Source: Thermoplasmata archaeon
GTDB lineage: Archaea; Thermoplasmatota; Thermoplasmata; Lutacidiplasmatales; UBA184
DNA length: 64,000 nt
Direction of reading: 5' to 3'
NCBI GenBank assembly: GCA_035933635.1
Contig: DASYYY010000005.1
Span: 4-64,003, forward strand
The notes under the pieces were generated by a model that was not told the DNA's origin, searched no databases, and saw nothing but the letters and a program-made list of their open reading frames with translations. Shown here piece by piece: positions 28,027-38,478 of the stretch. How positions within the stretch are numbered: the first letter of the stretch is position 1; every line of letters starts with the position of its first letter. Position numbers and translations under genes: made by a program.

Positions 28027-29451
28027 CTACAGCGGGCGACCTGCGCCGGCCCAGACGGTCGCCTCGGATCGACCGCAGGCGATGCAGTTCCCGGGTTTGG
28101 GAAGCTCGATCGGTGCCGGTCCGGCCAGCGTGCCCAGGAGCGCCCCATCGATTCCCTCCTCGACGCGGTGCCCGCACTCCTCGGACCGGCACCACGACAG
28201 GAGGCGGACCTTCGTCGACCCGCGCAGATCCTCCAGGGTGGCGGCGAGGGCGAACGATTCCCGGAAGTTCGCCAGGGCGTTGGCGGCGAGGCGCGTGTCG
28301 TAATCATCGATGCGCTCTAGGACGTCCTGTTCGAGGTGTTCCGGACCGCCCTTGCCCTTGTGCCCGAGGCGGTCGACGGTGGTCACGGACCTCGAGCCGG
28401 CCTCCCGTCCGCCGATCTCCAGCCGCAGGGGCACTCCCTGCGACTCCCAGCGGTAGTACTTCGACCCGGGCCGAGCGTCGGAGTCATCGAGGTGGACGCG
28501 GAGACCGACGGCCCGGAGCCTCTCGGCCACCTCCTTCGCCCAGGGGAGCGGATCGTCTCCCCCCTTCGCGGCGATGGGGACGACGACCACCTGATAGGGG
28601 GCCACCTCGGAGGGGAACGCGACCCCCCGGCGATCACCGTGGGCGGCGACGATGGCGCCCATCAGCCGCTCGGAGAGCCCGAAGGTGGTCTGGTGGACGA
28701 GCTTGCGTGAGCCGTCGGACGCCTCGTACTGGATGCCGTAGGGGCCCGAGAAGTTCTCCCGGTAGTGGTGGACGCTGCCCAGCTGGAGCGTGCGCGCCTC
28801 GCCGACGGGGAGGTCGAAGGCGATGGTGTAGAACGCCCCGGGGAACTTGTCCCACTCCGGGCGGCGGAAGGCGACGTAGTGCAGGCCGAACCGGGTCGCC
28901 ATGGCGCGGAACGCCTCCAGGTTGGAGTCGACCCGGGCGGTGGCCGCGGCCTCGTCGACCTGGCAGGTATGCTCCTCGAAGAAGTGGATCTCCCGGACCC
29001 GGATGAACGGGCGGGTGGTCTTGGTCTCGTAGCGGAACGTGTTGACGATCTGGTAGACGTTGAGCGGCAGGTCGGTGTGGGAGCGGACCCAGAGCGCGAA
29101 GATCGGGTACATCGCGGTCTCGCTCGTGGGCCGCAACACGAGCGGGATGTCGAGCTCGGTCTCCCCCCCGCGGGTCACCCAGTAGACCTGCGCGTCGAAC
29201 CCCTTGATGTGCTCCCTCTCCTTCTGGAACTCCGTCTGGGGGATGAGCAGGGGGAACTCGACCGGCTGCGAGCCGGTCGCCTCGATCTCCTCGATGAGGA
29301 CCCGGTCCAGCTGGCGCCGGGCGAGGAACCCGTAGGGGGTCCAGACGTTCATCCCCTTGATCGGGTAGCGCTTGTCGGTCAGCCGGCCGAACTCCACGGC
29401 TTCCAGGTACCAGTCGAAGAACGACCGGGACTTGTCCGGGAGCTCCGCCAT
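28027..29451 (-). CDS. proS: Proline--tRNA ligase (archaeal/eukaryotic type)
   Basis: RYPIKGM, LRPTSET, FRYETKTTRPFIRVREI, QTTFGLSER, GVPLRLEIG. Confidence 0.97.
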   Translation of the reverse strand: MAELPDKSRSFFDWYLEAVEFGRLTDKRYPIKGMNVWTPYGFLARRQLDRVLIEEIEATGSQPVEFPLLIPQTEFQKEREHIKGFDAQVYWVTRGGETELDIPLVLRPTSETAMYPIFALWVRSHTDLPLNVYQIVNTFRYETKTTRPFIRVREIHFFEEHTCQVDEAAATARVDSNLEAFRAMATRFGLHYVAFRRPEWDKFPGAFYTIAFDLPVGEARTLQLGSVHHYRENFSGPYGIQYEASDGSRKLVHQTTFGLSERLMGAIVAAHGDRRGVAFPSEVAPYQVVVVPIAAKGGDDPLPWAKEVAERLRAVGLRVHLDDSDARPGSKYYRWESQGVPLRLEIGGREAGSRSVTTVDRLGHKGKGGPEHLEQDVLERIDDYDTRLAANALANFRESFALAATLEDLRGSTKVRLLSWCRSEECGHRVEEGIDGALLGTLAGPAPIELPKPGNCIACGRSEATVWAGAGRPL

Positions 29452-29546
29452 CGACGGCTCCGGAGCGGTTCGGCGTATAACGTAGCTCGTGGGGTGAAGC
29501 GCCCGAACCAACTTGTTAATGCGACCTTGGCCCCATCGTCCGGAGT

Positions 29547-30641
29547 ATGCGGCTGGTCGTGTGCATCGACCGGGACGACGACCTGGGCCGCAAGGCCGGG
29601 GTGAGCGGCCCGGTCGTGGGCCGTCCGGCCGTCCTCGCCGCCGCCGAGAGACTCGGGGTCGCCGACCCCGGCGACACCGACACGAACGCGATGTTCGGCG
29701 CGGTGCAGCTCTACGACGAGATCCGGGCCAACCGCGAGGAGGCCGAGATCGTCGTCCTGACCGGTTCGCCCAAGGTCGGCCTGCTCTCAGACCGGAAGGT
29801 CGCCGAGCAGTTCGACCAGGTGCTCAAGGAACACCCGGCGAGCTCGGCCCACCTCGTGTCGGACGGGGCCGAAGACGAGTACCTGTTCCCGATCATCGCC
29901 AGCCGCCTGCGCATCGACGGGGTGCACCGGGTCTACGTCCGCCAGAGCGCGAGCATCGAGTCGACCTACTACACGATGGTCCGGGCGCTGAAGGACCCGA
30001 AGTTCCGGGCCAAGACCGTCCTGCCGTTCGCCCTCGTGCTCGTCACCCTCGGGCTCGCCGCCGCCGCAGGGGTGGTCTGGTGGGGGGTCGTGCTCCTGCT
30101 GCTGATCCTCGGCGTCTACCTCGTCTTCTGGACCTTCGACATCGACGAGTCGATCATCGATTCGTTGCGGAGCGCCTCGTCCGACATCCGGCAAGGCTCG
30201 GTCGCCTTCGGCTTCGGCCTCTTCTCCCTCGCGCTCGCCGGGGTCGGCTTTCTCGAGGGTTACAACGTCTACATCGGGCTGCCGGCCGTCGAGCCCATCG
30301 GCCGGGTCCTGCTCTTCGTACGCTCCGGGCTGATCTGGTGGTTCCTGGCGGGGGAGATCTGGGAGTCGGGCCGCGCGCTACGCCGCTACCTCTCCGTCGC
30401 CCGCATCGGCACCTCCTACCCGATCGCGACGATCTCCATCGTGGGTCTCGCGTTCATCAGCTACGGGATCGTGGCGATGATCCAGTACCTCGAGAGCCTC
30501 CCCGCCGCCCTCCCGCTGCCGTTCATCGTCGGCGGGTTGGTGCTCGGCTTCTCGCTGATGGCGACCGCGGGGGTCCTCTCGCAGTACTTCAAAGGGTCCT
30601 CCGAGGCCCAACCCCCCGCCGAGGGTAGCCTTCCGACCTAA
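29547..30641 (+). CDS. DUF373 family membrane protein
   Basis: LVVCIDRDDDLGRKAGV, DPGDTDTN, VSDGAEDE, VRQS..IESTYY, then multiple TM helices. Confidence 0.9.
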   Translation: MRLVVCIDRDDDLGRKAGVSGPVVGRPAVLAAAERLGVADPGDTDTNAMFGAVQLYDEIRANREEAEIVVLTGSPKVGLLSDRKVAEQFDQVLKEHPASSAHLVSDGAEDEYLFPIIASRLRIDGVHRVYVRQSASIESTYYTMVRALKDPKFRAKTVLPFALVLVTLGLAAAAGVVWWGVVLLLLILGVYLVFWTFDIDESIIDSLRSASSDIRQGSVAFGFGLFSLALAGVGFLEGYNVYIGLPAVEPIGRVLLFVRSGLIWWFLAGEIWESGRALRRYLSVARIGTSYPIATISIVGLAFISYGIVAMIQYLESLPAALPLPFIVGGLVLGFSLMATAGVLSQYFKGSSEAQPPAEGSLPT

Positions 30642-30725
30642 GGCCGAAGGCCCGCGGGGCGGGGCGCTCGACCCCCGACCGGGACCCTGGTCCGTCCCGG
30701 CACGGTGGTCTCTTCGGGTGTCGTT

Positions 30726-31655
30726 CTAGTCGTACCCCTTCCAGGTCACCGCGAAATCCGACTTCTTCCAGTATCCGGCCGTCAGGATCCCCGGCGATTG
30801 GATGACCCCGCCGGTGACCGAGCCGATCGTCGTGACCTTCAGGAGCGTGGTGAACGCCCCGATGCCCCGGAGGCTCCCGCCGATCGAGGCGATGCAGTTG
30901 GCGAAGCTCAGATTGGTGTACTTGGAGATCGGCGCGTAGCCGCTCGAGAAGTAGACGGCCTCCGAGATGCATTCGGCCGAGGTGTCGTTGCCGGACTGGC
31001 AGGCGGTCGACCCGGTGAACGGCGAGATCGCGCAGGTCGAAGGGTTGCCTACGATCGAGAAGTTGTACCCCGACGAGAGGTCGGCGAAGTCCAGCGTGTA
31101 CACTCCGCAATGGGTCCCGTGACAGACCGTCGGGTTGTACAGGACGTAGGACTGGACCAGGTCACCGGCCGAGACGTTGCCCATCAGCTGGATCGCATTG
31201 TAGGGGAAGAACTCCCACCACGAGTAGTACAGCGGCGTCGCGCCCGCGCCGCTGCAGTAGTCGAACGTCCCGGCCTGTTCGACCGTGTTCGTCGTCCACC
31301 CGTCGATCCCGACCCACGTGAGGTGGTAGGTCGGATTGGTCAGCGATGCCGGGCAGGTGATCGGGGCGACGTGCCACTCTGCGTACGCTTCGTCGACCTT
31401 CCCCGACGTCGCGGGCACGGCCACGAATCCGCCCCAATTCTGACTGTGCACGCCCGTCGCGGAGGGTCGGGTGTGCGCGGCGAAGGAGAACGCCGCCGTG
31501 TTCCCGGCCGGGAGCTGGGGGAAGGCGGGCGGGTGGGGCATGCTCGGCGTCGCCAAGAGACCGGCGAACGCCGGAGCCGCGAGGGCGACCACGACACCGA
31601 ACAGGACGACATACGAGGGGCCTCGTGGGCGACCGACGGGGGACCGATGCTGCAT
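30726..31655 (-). CDS. Secreted G1 family glutamic endopeptidase
   Basis: Signal peptide; SQNWGGF, WVGIDG, VEQAGT, WWEFFP, SAGD, SAECISE. Confidence 0.85.
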   Translation of the reverse strand: MQHRSPVGRPRGPSYVVLFGVVVALAAPAFAGLLATPSMPHPPAFPQLPAGNTAAFSFAAHTRPSATGVHSQNWGGFVAVPATSGKVDEAYAEWHVAPITCPASLTNPTYHLTWVGIDGWTTNTVEQAGTFDYCSGAGATPLYYSWWEFFPYNAIQLMGNVSAGDLVQSYVLYNPTVCHGTHCGVYTLDFADLSSGYNFSIVGNPSTCAISPFTGSTACQSGNDTSAECISEAVYFSSGYAPISKYTNLSFANCIASIGGSLRGIGAFTTLLKVTTIGSVTGGVIQSPGILTAGYWKKSDFAVTWKGYD

Positions 31656-31771
31656 CTTCGGTGGGGGGAACCTAGGCGGGGCATCCGGGGGTGGATACTT
31701 CTACCTCCCGTGGACCCAGCCTGGCGCGGAAAGCCCCTAAGTGCGGCCGCCCCTTCCGCCGCCGGCGTCCC

Positions 31772-32413
31772 ATGAGGGTCCTGATCTTCGGCGCGGGTGG
31801 ACGGGTCGGCAAGGCGATCGCGATCGAGGCGCTCAAGCGCGGGCATAGCGTCAACGGGGTGGTCCGCGGCGGGACGATCGACGGCATCCCCGACATGCGG
31901 TTCCGCCCGATCGCGGGCGACGTCACGAACCTCCCGCTCGTCACCTCGCTCATCGAGGCCAACGACGTGACCGCCTCGGCGATCGGTCCCAAGCCCGGAG
32001 AGGACCCCTCGGTCATTCCCGCCGCGGCCAAGGTGCTCATCGAAGCGGCGAAGAAGGCGGGCAGGCGACGCCTGGTCGTGGTCGGGGGGGCGGGGAGCCT
32101 CGAGACCGCCCCGGGCCAGATGCTGATGAACGAGGCCCGGTTCCCGGCCGAGTGGAAACCGCTCGCCCAGGCGCACGCCGCCGCCCTCGATCAGTTCCGG
32201 GCACTGAAGGAGGAGCTCGACTGGACCTACGTCTCACCGGCCGAGATCGTGGAGGAGGGCTCCCGCACCGGGCGCTTCCGCGTCGGAGGGGATATGCTCC
32301 CGGTCGACCCCGAGGGCAAGAGCCACATCTCGATACCGGACTTCGCCGTCGCGTTCGTCGACGAGCTGGGCCGCGGCGGGCATCTCAAGAAGCGCGTGAG
32401 CGTCGGGTACTGA
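31772..32413 (+). CDS. NAD(P)-binding oxidoreductase (YwnB/biliverdin reductase-like)
   Basis: IFGAGGRVG, VVGGAGSL, DWTYVSP, SHISIPDFAVA. Confidence 0.9.
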   Translation: MRVLIFGAGGRVGKAIAIEALKRGHSVNGVVRGGTIDGIPDMRFRPIAGDVTNLPLVTSLIEANDVTASAIGPKPGEDPSVIPAAAKVLIEAAKKAGRRRLVVVGGAGSLETAPGQMLMNEARFPAEWKPLAQAHAAALDQFRALKEELDWTYVSPAEIVEEGSRTGRFRVGGDMLPVDPEGKSHISIPDFAVAFVDELGRGGHLKKRVSVGY

Positions 32414-33050
32414 CCCGCTTGGGCGGCGGGGGCGCCGCGGGGACGTTGTCCTTGCGGAGCACCCGCTCGACGTCCTCGAGCGGGACGTCGAGTCCGCAGC
32501 CTTGGGCGAGGGCCAGCCGAATGCCCGCGGCGGTCAGCGACTTGTCGCCGACCCGCTCCACGAGCGACCGAAGGTCCTCCCAGTAGTTCCACGGAAAGAC
32601 GACCCAGACCCAGGCCTCACGGGGGATCTCCTCGGCGTAGTAGCTCGGGACGAACTTCGAGTGGGCGATGTGCAGGAACGTCGCGGTCTCGACCCGCTTC
32701 GGGCCAGCCGCCCGAACGTGGTCGAGGGCGAGCTTTAGGCTCTCGCCGGTGTCGGTGATGTCGTCGACGACGAGCACGTCCTGGTCCTCGACGCCGCCGC
32801 TGAGCCCCTCGGAGAGCCGGGCCTTGCCGTCCTTGGTCGCGGTGACCCCCCAGTGCTGGGCGCGGAGCGACACCATCCGCCGGACGCCGAGCCGATCGGC
32901 CAGCAGCCGCGCGGCGACCCAACCTCCGCGGGTCAGGCCGACGATGGTCTCGGGGGGGTCACCGGCGCCGAGGATCTTCTCGGTCAGCCGGTCGGCCCAT
33001 CCGTCGACCTCGGCCCAACTGGTCCGACGGCACTTCGGCAGGTCGGCCAT
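32385..33050 (-). CDS. Purine phosphoribosyltransferase
   Basis: IVGLTRGG, VLVVDDITDTGES PRPP loop, WVVFPW. Confidence 0.9.
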   Translation of the reverse strand: MADLPKCRRTSWAEVDGWADRLTEKILGAGDPPETIVGLTRGGWVAARLLADRLGVRRMVSLRAQHWGVTATKDGKARLSEGLSGGVEDQDVLVVDDITDTGESLKLALDHVRAAGPKRVETATFLHIAHSKFVPSYYAEEIPREAWVWVVFPWNYWEDLRSLVERVGDKSLTAAGIRLALAQGCGLDVPLEDVERVLRKDNVPAAPPPPKRVSTRRSRAS

Positions 33051-33078
33051 CGGCTGCGGACCCTACTCCGCCACGGGC

Positions 33079-34335
33079 CTAGGGGAAGACGCCGCGGCGC
33101 TCGATCGCGTCGACGACGCGCTGGATGGCGACGACGTAGGCCGCCGAGCGGTTGTGCACGTGGCGGGTCTCGGCCTCCTTGTGGACCGCCGCGTAGGAAG
33201 TGACCATCGTTCGCTCGAGCCGGTCGTTGACCTCCTTGAGCGTCCAGAAGAAGCCCTGGATGTCCTGCGCCCACTCGAAGTAGGAGACCGTCACGCCCCC
33301 GGCGTTCGCGAGGATGTCGGGCAGCACGGTGATCTTCTTCTGGAAGAGGATCTCGTCGGCCTCCGGCACCGTCGGGCCGTTGGCCGCCTCGGCGACGATC
33401 TTGGCCTGGATCTTGTCGGCGTTCCTCTTGGTGATGACGTTCTCGAGCGCGGCCGGGATCAGGATGTCGGTCTTGAGCTCCAGAAGCTCCTCGTTGGAGA
33501 CCGCCTTCGCCCCGGGGAAGCCGACGACCGAGCCGGTCTTGGCCTTGTAGGCCTCGACCTCGTGGGGGTTGAGCCCCGCCGGGTTGTGGATCCCGCCCTT
33601 GGAGTCGGAGACGGCGATGATCTTCGCGCCCTGCTCGTCGTGCAGGATGTTCGCGGCGACCGAGCCCGCATTTCCGAAACCCTGGACGGCGACCGAACCG
33701 CCCTTGACGTGGACGCCGGCGTGGCCGGCGGCCTCGCGGATGACGTAGGCGCAGCCGCGTCCCGTCGCCTCGCCGCGGCCCTCGCTCCCGCCGAGGGAGA
33801 CGGGCTTGCCGGTGATGACGCCCGGGACGGAGTAGCCCTTGAGCATCGAGTAGGTGTCCATGAACCAGGACATCGTCTGGGAATCGGTGTAGACGTCCGG
33901 CGCCGGGATGTCCATCTCCGGCCCGACGAGCGGGGCGATCTCGCTGGCGAACCGCCGGGTCAGCCGCTCGAGCTCGCCCTTGCTCATGTGCTTGGGGTCG
34001 CAGATGACGCCGCCCTTGGCACCGCCGTAGGGGAGGTTGACGACCGCGCACTTCCAGGTCATCCAGGCGGACAAGGCCCGGACCTCGTCCAGCGTCACGT
34101 TGGGATGGTAGCGGATCCCGCCCTTCGTCGGCCCGCGCGCCATGTTGTACTGGACGCGGAAGCCGGAGTACACGCGGTAGCTACCATCGTCCATCCGGAC
34201 GGGGAAGTTGACCGAGAGCTCCCGCTTCGGATGTTTGAGGATCTCGCGGATGCCACCGTTGATCCCGATGAGGTCACAGACGATGTCGACCTGGCGCTTC
34301 GCCGTTTCAAATGGATTGATCGCCGCTTCCGCCAT
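33079..34335 (-). CDS. gdhA: Glutamate dehydrogenase
   Basis: GPTKGGIRYHP, GGAKGG, DIPAPDV, TGKP, QGFGNAG, EAANGP, NAGGVTVSYFEW. Confidence 0.97.
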   Translation of the reverse strand: MAEAAINPFETAKRQVDIVCDLIGINGGIREILKHPKRELSVNFPVRMDDGSYRVYSGFRVQYNMARGPTKGGIRYHPNVTLDEVRALSAWMTWKCAVVNLPYGGAKGGVICDPKHMSKGELERLTRRFASEIAPLVGPEMDIPAPDVYTDSQTMSWFMDTYSMLKGYSVPGVITGKPVSLGGSEGRGEATGRGCAYVIREAAGHAGVHVKGGSVAVQGFGNAGSVAANILHDEQGAKIIAVSDSKGGIHNPAGLNPHEVEAYKAKTGSVVGFPGAKAVSNEELLELKTDILIPAALENVITKRNADKIQAKIVAEAANGPTVPEADEILFQKKITVLPDILANAGGVTVSYFEWAQDIQGFFWTLKEVNDRLERTMVTSYAAVHKEAETRHVHNRSAAYVVAIQRVVDAIERRGVFP

Positions 34336-34434
34336 GAACGTCACCCTCGCGCGGGCGGTCCGACACGGGGTTGCGTATTTGAAACTGGCTCGGGCGGAAC
34401 GCGCACCCGTGCGGCACTGTGACGAGGAGGAGGG

Positions 34435-35199
34435 CTACGGCTCCCGCCAGCGCGCGAGCCACAGGGCGAGGGCTCCGAACAGGACGGTTGCCCCGGCCAG
34501 AACGAGGAACTCGAAGCCCGTCGCGCCGAGGAACGCCGGGCTGACCGCCGAGCCGTAGGAGAGGCCGACGGCGTGGTCGGCGAGCTGGGAGGCCGAGGTC
34601 GAAGGTGCGAGGAACGCGACCCACTCGTACCGCCCGGGGATGATCGAGAGCGGGTAGAACACCGGCGGCAGGATCGACAGCGCGGAGAAGATCAGCGTCG
34701 CGATCGGCCAGATCTCCCGGAGCTGGCGGAACATCGTCGAGAGCAGGAATCCGAGGGTCGTGGCCATCAGCCAGGTGAGGAGGACGACCCCGACGAGGAG
34801 GCCGACGGCCCAGCCCGAGAGCGGGTGGACCAGGCCCAGGATGACGAGGAACAGCGTCAGCGCTGGGACGGTGAAGGCGAGCTCCGAGAGCGCCATCCCG
34901 AGCAGGTAGGCGAGCGAGGTCACCGGGCTTGCCACGAAGATCGCCTGCAGTTGCCGCTCGAGCCGCAGGTAGGCGCAGTCGTTCATCATCCCGTTGCCGG
35001 TGAAGAGCGCCGAGAACAGCACGCCGCCCGTGACGCCGAACGGCAGCAGCGCCGGGCTCGCGATGACGAACAGGAAGAACAGGAAGCTGAACGGCGTTAG
35101 GAACACCGCCGCGATGAGGAGAGGGCTCCGCCACAGCGGGATGATGCCGTTGAAGTAACAGATGCGGAGCGCGGCGTAGGCCTGCGTCCGGACGCTCAC
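34435..35199 (-). CDS. ABC-2 type exporter permease
   Basis: About six TM helices; VFYP motif; overlaps the ATPase stop. Confidence 0.85.
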   Translation of the reverse strand: MSVRTQAYAALRICYFNGIIPLWRSPLLIAAVFLTPFSFLFFLFVIASPALLPFGVTGGVLFSALFTGNGMMNDCAYLRLERQLQAIFVASPVTSLAYLLGMALSELAFTVPALTLFLVILGLVHPLSGWAVGLLVGVVLLTWLMATTLGFLLSTMFRQLREIWPIATLIFSALSILPPVFYPLSIIPGRYEWVAFLAPSTSASQLADHAVGLSYGSAVSPAFLGATGFEFLVLAGATVLFGALALWLARWREP

Positions 35200-36116
35200 G
35201 TCTCGTCCTCCTCGATGGGACGGCCGACCAGTTCGAGGAACGCCTCCTCCAACGTCACCGGCCCCATCGCGACCTCGCTCGAACGCGAGAGCGCGAGCTC
35301 GGTCAGTTCCCGGACCGACGAGCGGGAGGTGAGCAGGATCACCTTGCCCTTGTCGGAGTAGATCCGGCCGTACGGTTCGAGCTCCTTGGCCGCGACCCCG
35401 GGGCCGAACTCGAGGCGCACCTCGCGGTGGAGCGTCGACTTGAGCGCCCCGGCGGTGCCTCGGTAGAGGATCCGTCCGTCCTCGATCACCGCGAGCTCCT
35501 CGGAGAGCTGCTCGGCCTCGTCGAGGTAGTGGGTGGTCAGGAGCACCGTCGAGCCCTTACGGCAGACCCGGCGGATCACCTGCCAGACCTGGCGCCGGGC
35601 GAACGGGTCCATCCCGAGCGTGGGCTCGTCCAGGAAGAGGAACGGGGCCTCCGTCGCGAGGATCATGGCGACGAGCGTGCGTTGCTGGAGGCCGCCGGAG
35701 AGCGCGTTCGCCGGGATGTCGGCGTGCGGCTCGAGTCCCATCGAAGCGATCATCTCCTCGACGCGGTCGTTTGTCGTCTCGGCCGAGAAGCCCCGCGTCC
35801 GCAGGTACTCGCGGATGTGCTCGCGGGCGGTGAGATGGAAGAACGGGCGGCCCTCCTGCGGGACGACGGCGATCTGCTCGCGGATGCGGTTCGGGCTCGA
35901 GACGACGTCCTCGCCGAACAGGGTCACCGAACCGGCGGTCGGGAGCAGGAGCGTCGCGGCGATCTTGATGAAGGTCGTCTTGCCGGCGCCGTTACGACCC
36001 AGGAACGCGAAGAGCCGTCCCCGGCCGATCGAGAGGTCGACCGACCGTAGGGCCTCGACCGGGCCGGTCCGGCCCCGGTAGACCTTGGTCACTCCCTTGG
36101 CGACGAGGACGTCCAC
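35196..36116 (-). CDS. ABC transporter ATP-binding protein
   Basis: GRNGAGKTT, LSGG, LFLDEPT, TTHY. Confidence 0.95.
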   Translation of the reverse strand: MDVLVAKGVTKVYRGRTGPVEALRSVDLSIGRGRLFAFLGRNGAGKTTFIKIAATLLLPTAGSVTLFGEDVVSSPNRIREQIAVVPQEGRPFFHLTAREHIREYLRTRGFSAETTNDRVEEMIASMGLEPHADIPANALSGGLQQRTLVAMILATEAPFLFLDEPTLGMDPFARRQVWQVIRRVCRKGSTVLLTTHYLDEAEQLSEELAVIEDGRILYRGTAGALKSTLHREVRLEFGPGVAAKELEPYGRIYSDKGKVILLTSRSSVRELTELALSRSSEVAMGPVTLEEAFLELVGRPIEEDET

Positions 36117-36152
36117 GTCGACGGGACGCGGGAAGGTCCAAAACGATGCCCT

Positions 36153-37175
36153 TTACGCCGGACGGCCCGGCCGTCGGGGGAGCCCGACCGGTGGCACCGG
36201 GTGGAATGGGTCCCATCCGGCCGCGGGCAGGGAGTTCCACCCATTCGGTGTCCGGAGCCAGGTCCCGTGCCCCGAGGTGACTCGTCCGATGACGGTGAGC
36301 GGACAGTCGAGGGGGGTCAGGGCGCGGCGGGCGGCGGGAAGCGAACGCGGGGGGATCGCGGCGAGCAACTCGTAATCGCCGCCGTAGGCGACCAGCTCGA
36401 CCTGCCGGGCCCACGCGTCGTCCCGGGCGCGGAGGGAGCGGTGCAAGGGCAGTGCGCCGGAATCGATCTCCGCTCCCGTTCGGCTCGCCTCGGAGATCAG
36501 GCGTATCGATTCGAACACACCATCGGAGGTGTCGGTCATCGCGTGGGCGATCCCCGCCAGACGCTCCCCTTCGGGCACCCGCGCCCGGACGGCCCGCAAC
36601 ACCGCGTTCCGGCGGGTGACGGAACGGCCCTGGGAGAGCGATGCGGCCGCGACGCCGCCTCCGCCCACGGTCCCGGTCACGACGAAGAGATCGCCGGGGC
36701 GCGCCCGGTCGCGACCGGGCAGTTTTCGGCTCGTCGCCACGCCCAGCGCGGTCCCGACGAGCGTCCGCCCGGCCGCCGACTTGGTATCGCCGCCCGAGAG
36801 TCGAACTCCGTAGCGCGCGAGCGACCGGCGGACACCCTGGACGACGCCGCGGGCCCATGTCTCCGGAGTCTCCGGCGGAACGAGCACGTCGAGGAGGAAC
36901 GCGATGGGCCGGCCTCCCTTCGAGGCGATGTCGCTGAGGTTGGCCTGGACGAGCGCCGAACCGATCAGCCCCGGCGAGGTGTCCCGCCAGAAGTGGACCC
37001 CTTCGGCGAAGGCATCGGTGGTGATCAGGAGCCGCCCGCGAGGGAGCGAGATCGAGGCCACGTCATCGCCGAGGGGTAGCTCGCCCTTCGGTGCGCGCCC
37101 GGCGGTGGCCCGGAGCCAAGCGTGGAAGGGCCGCTCCCGTAGCCCCCCGTCGCCAGGCTGGTGCGGCCGGGCCAT
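36153..37175 (-). CDS. thiL: Thiamine-monophosphate kinase
   Basis: GDDVA, TTD...EGVHF, NLSDIASKGG, GGDT, DTSDG, GGDYELL. Confidence 0.93.
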   Translation of the reverse strand: MARPHQPGDGGLRERPFHAWLRATAGRAPKGELPLGDDVASISLPRGRLLITTDAFAEGVHFWRDTSPGLIGSALVQANLSDIASKGGRPIAFLLDVLVPPETPETWARGVVQGVRRSLARYGVRLSGGDTKSAAGRTLVGTALGVATSRKLPGRDRARPGDLFVVTGTVGGGGVAAASLSQGRSVTRRNAVLRAVRARVPEGERLAGIAHAMTDTSDGVFESIRLISEASRTGAEIDSGALPLHRSLRARDDAWARQVELVAYGGDYELLAAIPPRSLPAARRALTPLDCPLTVIGRVTSGHGTWLRTPNGWNSLPAAGWDPFHPVPPVGLPRRPGRPA

Positions 37176-37183
37176 CGGACCCC

Positions 37184-38374
37184 CTACTTGTACGGGACGA
37201 ACTCCTTGCCGAGGAGTTCGCGGCCGAGGATGATCCGCATGATGTTGAGCCCGCCCTCAGCGCCGACCATGTAGGACATGATGCCGCGGAAGCCGAGCTC
37301 GAGGCCGATGTCCTTGGTGTACCCCGCCGCTCCGAACCACATCATCACGCGCTTGACCGTCTCGAAGGCGATCGGCGGCGCGGTGAGCTTGACCGAAGCG
37401 ACGGCCCGATCGACCTCGGAGCGGTGCGAGTCGTCCCCGCGCAGCGTATACCGGTCGAGCAGCCAGGCCGCCCGGCGGCACTGCCACTTGACCGCCTCGA
37501 CTTGGGTAAAGAGGTCCACGAGTTCGAACTGGATCGCCTCGAACTTGCCTAGCGGCTGCCCGAACGCCTCGCGCTCCTTGACGTAGGCCATCCCGATCTC
37601 GAGCGCGCGCTCGGCCGCCCCCACGCACGCCGCCGAGACGAACGTTCGCGCGACGGAGAAGCCCTCCATGGCGAGGTCGAACCCGCGGCCCTCGCTTCCC
37701 AGCAGGTACTTCTCCGGGACCCGGGCGTGGTCGTAGGTGATGGCACCGGTGGAGATGCCCATCCGACCCATGTTCGAGAACCGCTGGGTCGACAACCTCG
37801 GCGCCCGCGTCGGCACGTAGAGGAAGTTGAACCCGCGGCCCTCCCCCTTGGTCAGGGTGAGGTGACCGCCGCCGAGCTCCCGGGCCTCCTCGACGCCGGA
37901 GAGGAAGGCCTTCTCGCCGTGGACGACGAACTCGTGGCCATCGCGGCGGCTGGTGGTGCGCATGTGGGCCAGATCGCTGCCGCCGGTGGGCTCGGTCGTG
38001 GCGATGCCCAGGAACGCCTCTCCGCGGCAGACCGCCGGGAGCACCTCGCGCTTGGCCTCCTCGGTACCGTGACGGGCCAGGACCCAGCCCCAGCCGGCCT
38101 CGAGCAGGAAGAACACGGCCGTGGCCATCGAGAAGTCGCCGCGCCCGACCTCCTCGGCCGCCAGCTCGGTGAGCACGGCGGAGGCGCCCATTCCACCGTA
38201 CTCGGTCGGGACGGGCATCGCGAGCAACCCGAGGTGCGCCATCTCGGCGAGGACCTCCTTGGGGATCCGGCCCTCGGAATCGATCCGCCGCTCGTTGGGG
38301 CGGAGGACCGTGTCGCCGAACTTCCGGACCGCCTGCTGGAAGGCGCGCTCCTCGTCGCTGAGTTCGAAGTCCAT
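37184..38374 (-). CDS. Acyl-CoA dehydrogenase
   Basis: MDFELSDEE, P.EYGG, TEPTGGSD, GEKAF, REAFGQPL, FGAAGY. Confidence 0.93.
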   Translation of the reverse strand: MDFELSDEERAFQQAVRKFGDTVLRPNERRIDSEGRIPKEVLAEMAHLGLLAMPVPTEYGGMGASAVLTELAAEEVGRGDFSMATAVFFLLEAGWGWVLARHGTEEAKREVLPAVCRGEAFLGIATTEPTGGSDLAHMRTTSRRDGHEFVVHGEKAFLSGVEEARELGGGHLTLTKGEGRGFNFLYVPTRAPRLSTQRFSNMGRMGISTGAITYDHARVPEKYLLGSEGRGFDLAMEGFSVARTFVSAACVGAAERALEIGMAYVKEREAFGQPLGKFEAIQFELVDLFTQVEAVKWQCRRAAWLLDRYTLRGDDSHRSEVDRAVASVKLTAPPIAFETVKRVMMWFGAAGYTKDIGLELGFRGIMSYMVGAEGGLNIMRIILGRELLGKEFVPYK

Positions 38375-38478
38375 GCGGCGTCGGGGAGGGAGGCCGGGAG
38401 TAATTCCCCTTTGCCGGAGGGGGCTCAGGGTCGCCCTGCGTCGCCCCCGGGGAGCCTTCGTCGTCGACCCCGCGGGGT

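Noticed and set aside
32668..34422. 584-aa ORF antisense to gdhA, and similar long antisense ORFs (49341..51506, 55968..57788, 1407..2858)
   Set aside because: Shadow ORFs produced by high-GC codon bias on the strand opposite clearly identified genes; no recognisable motifs.
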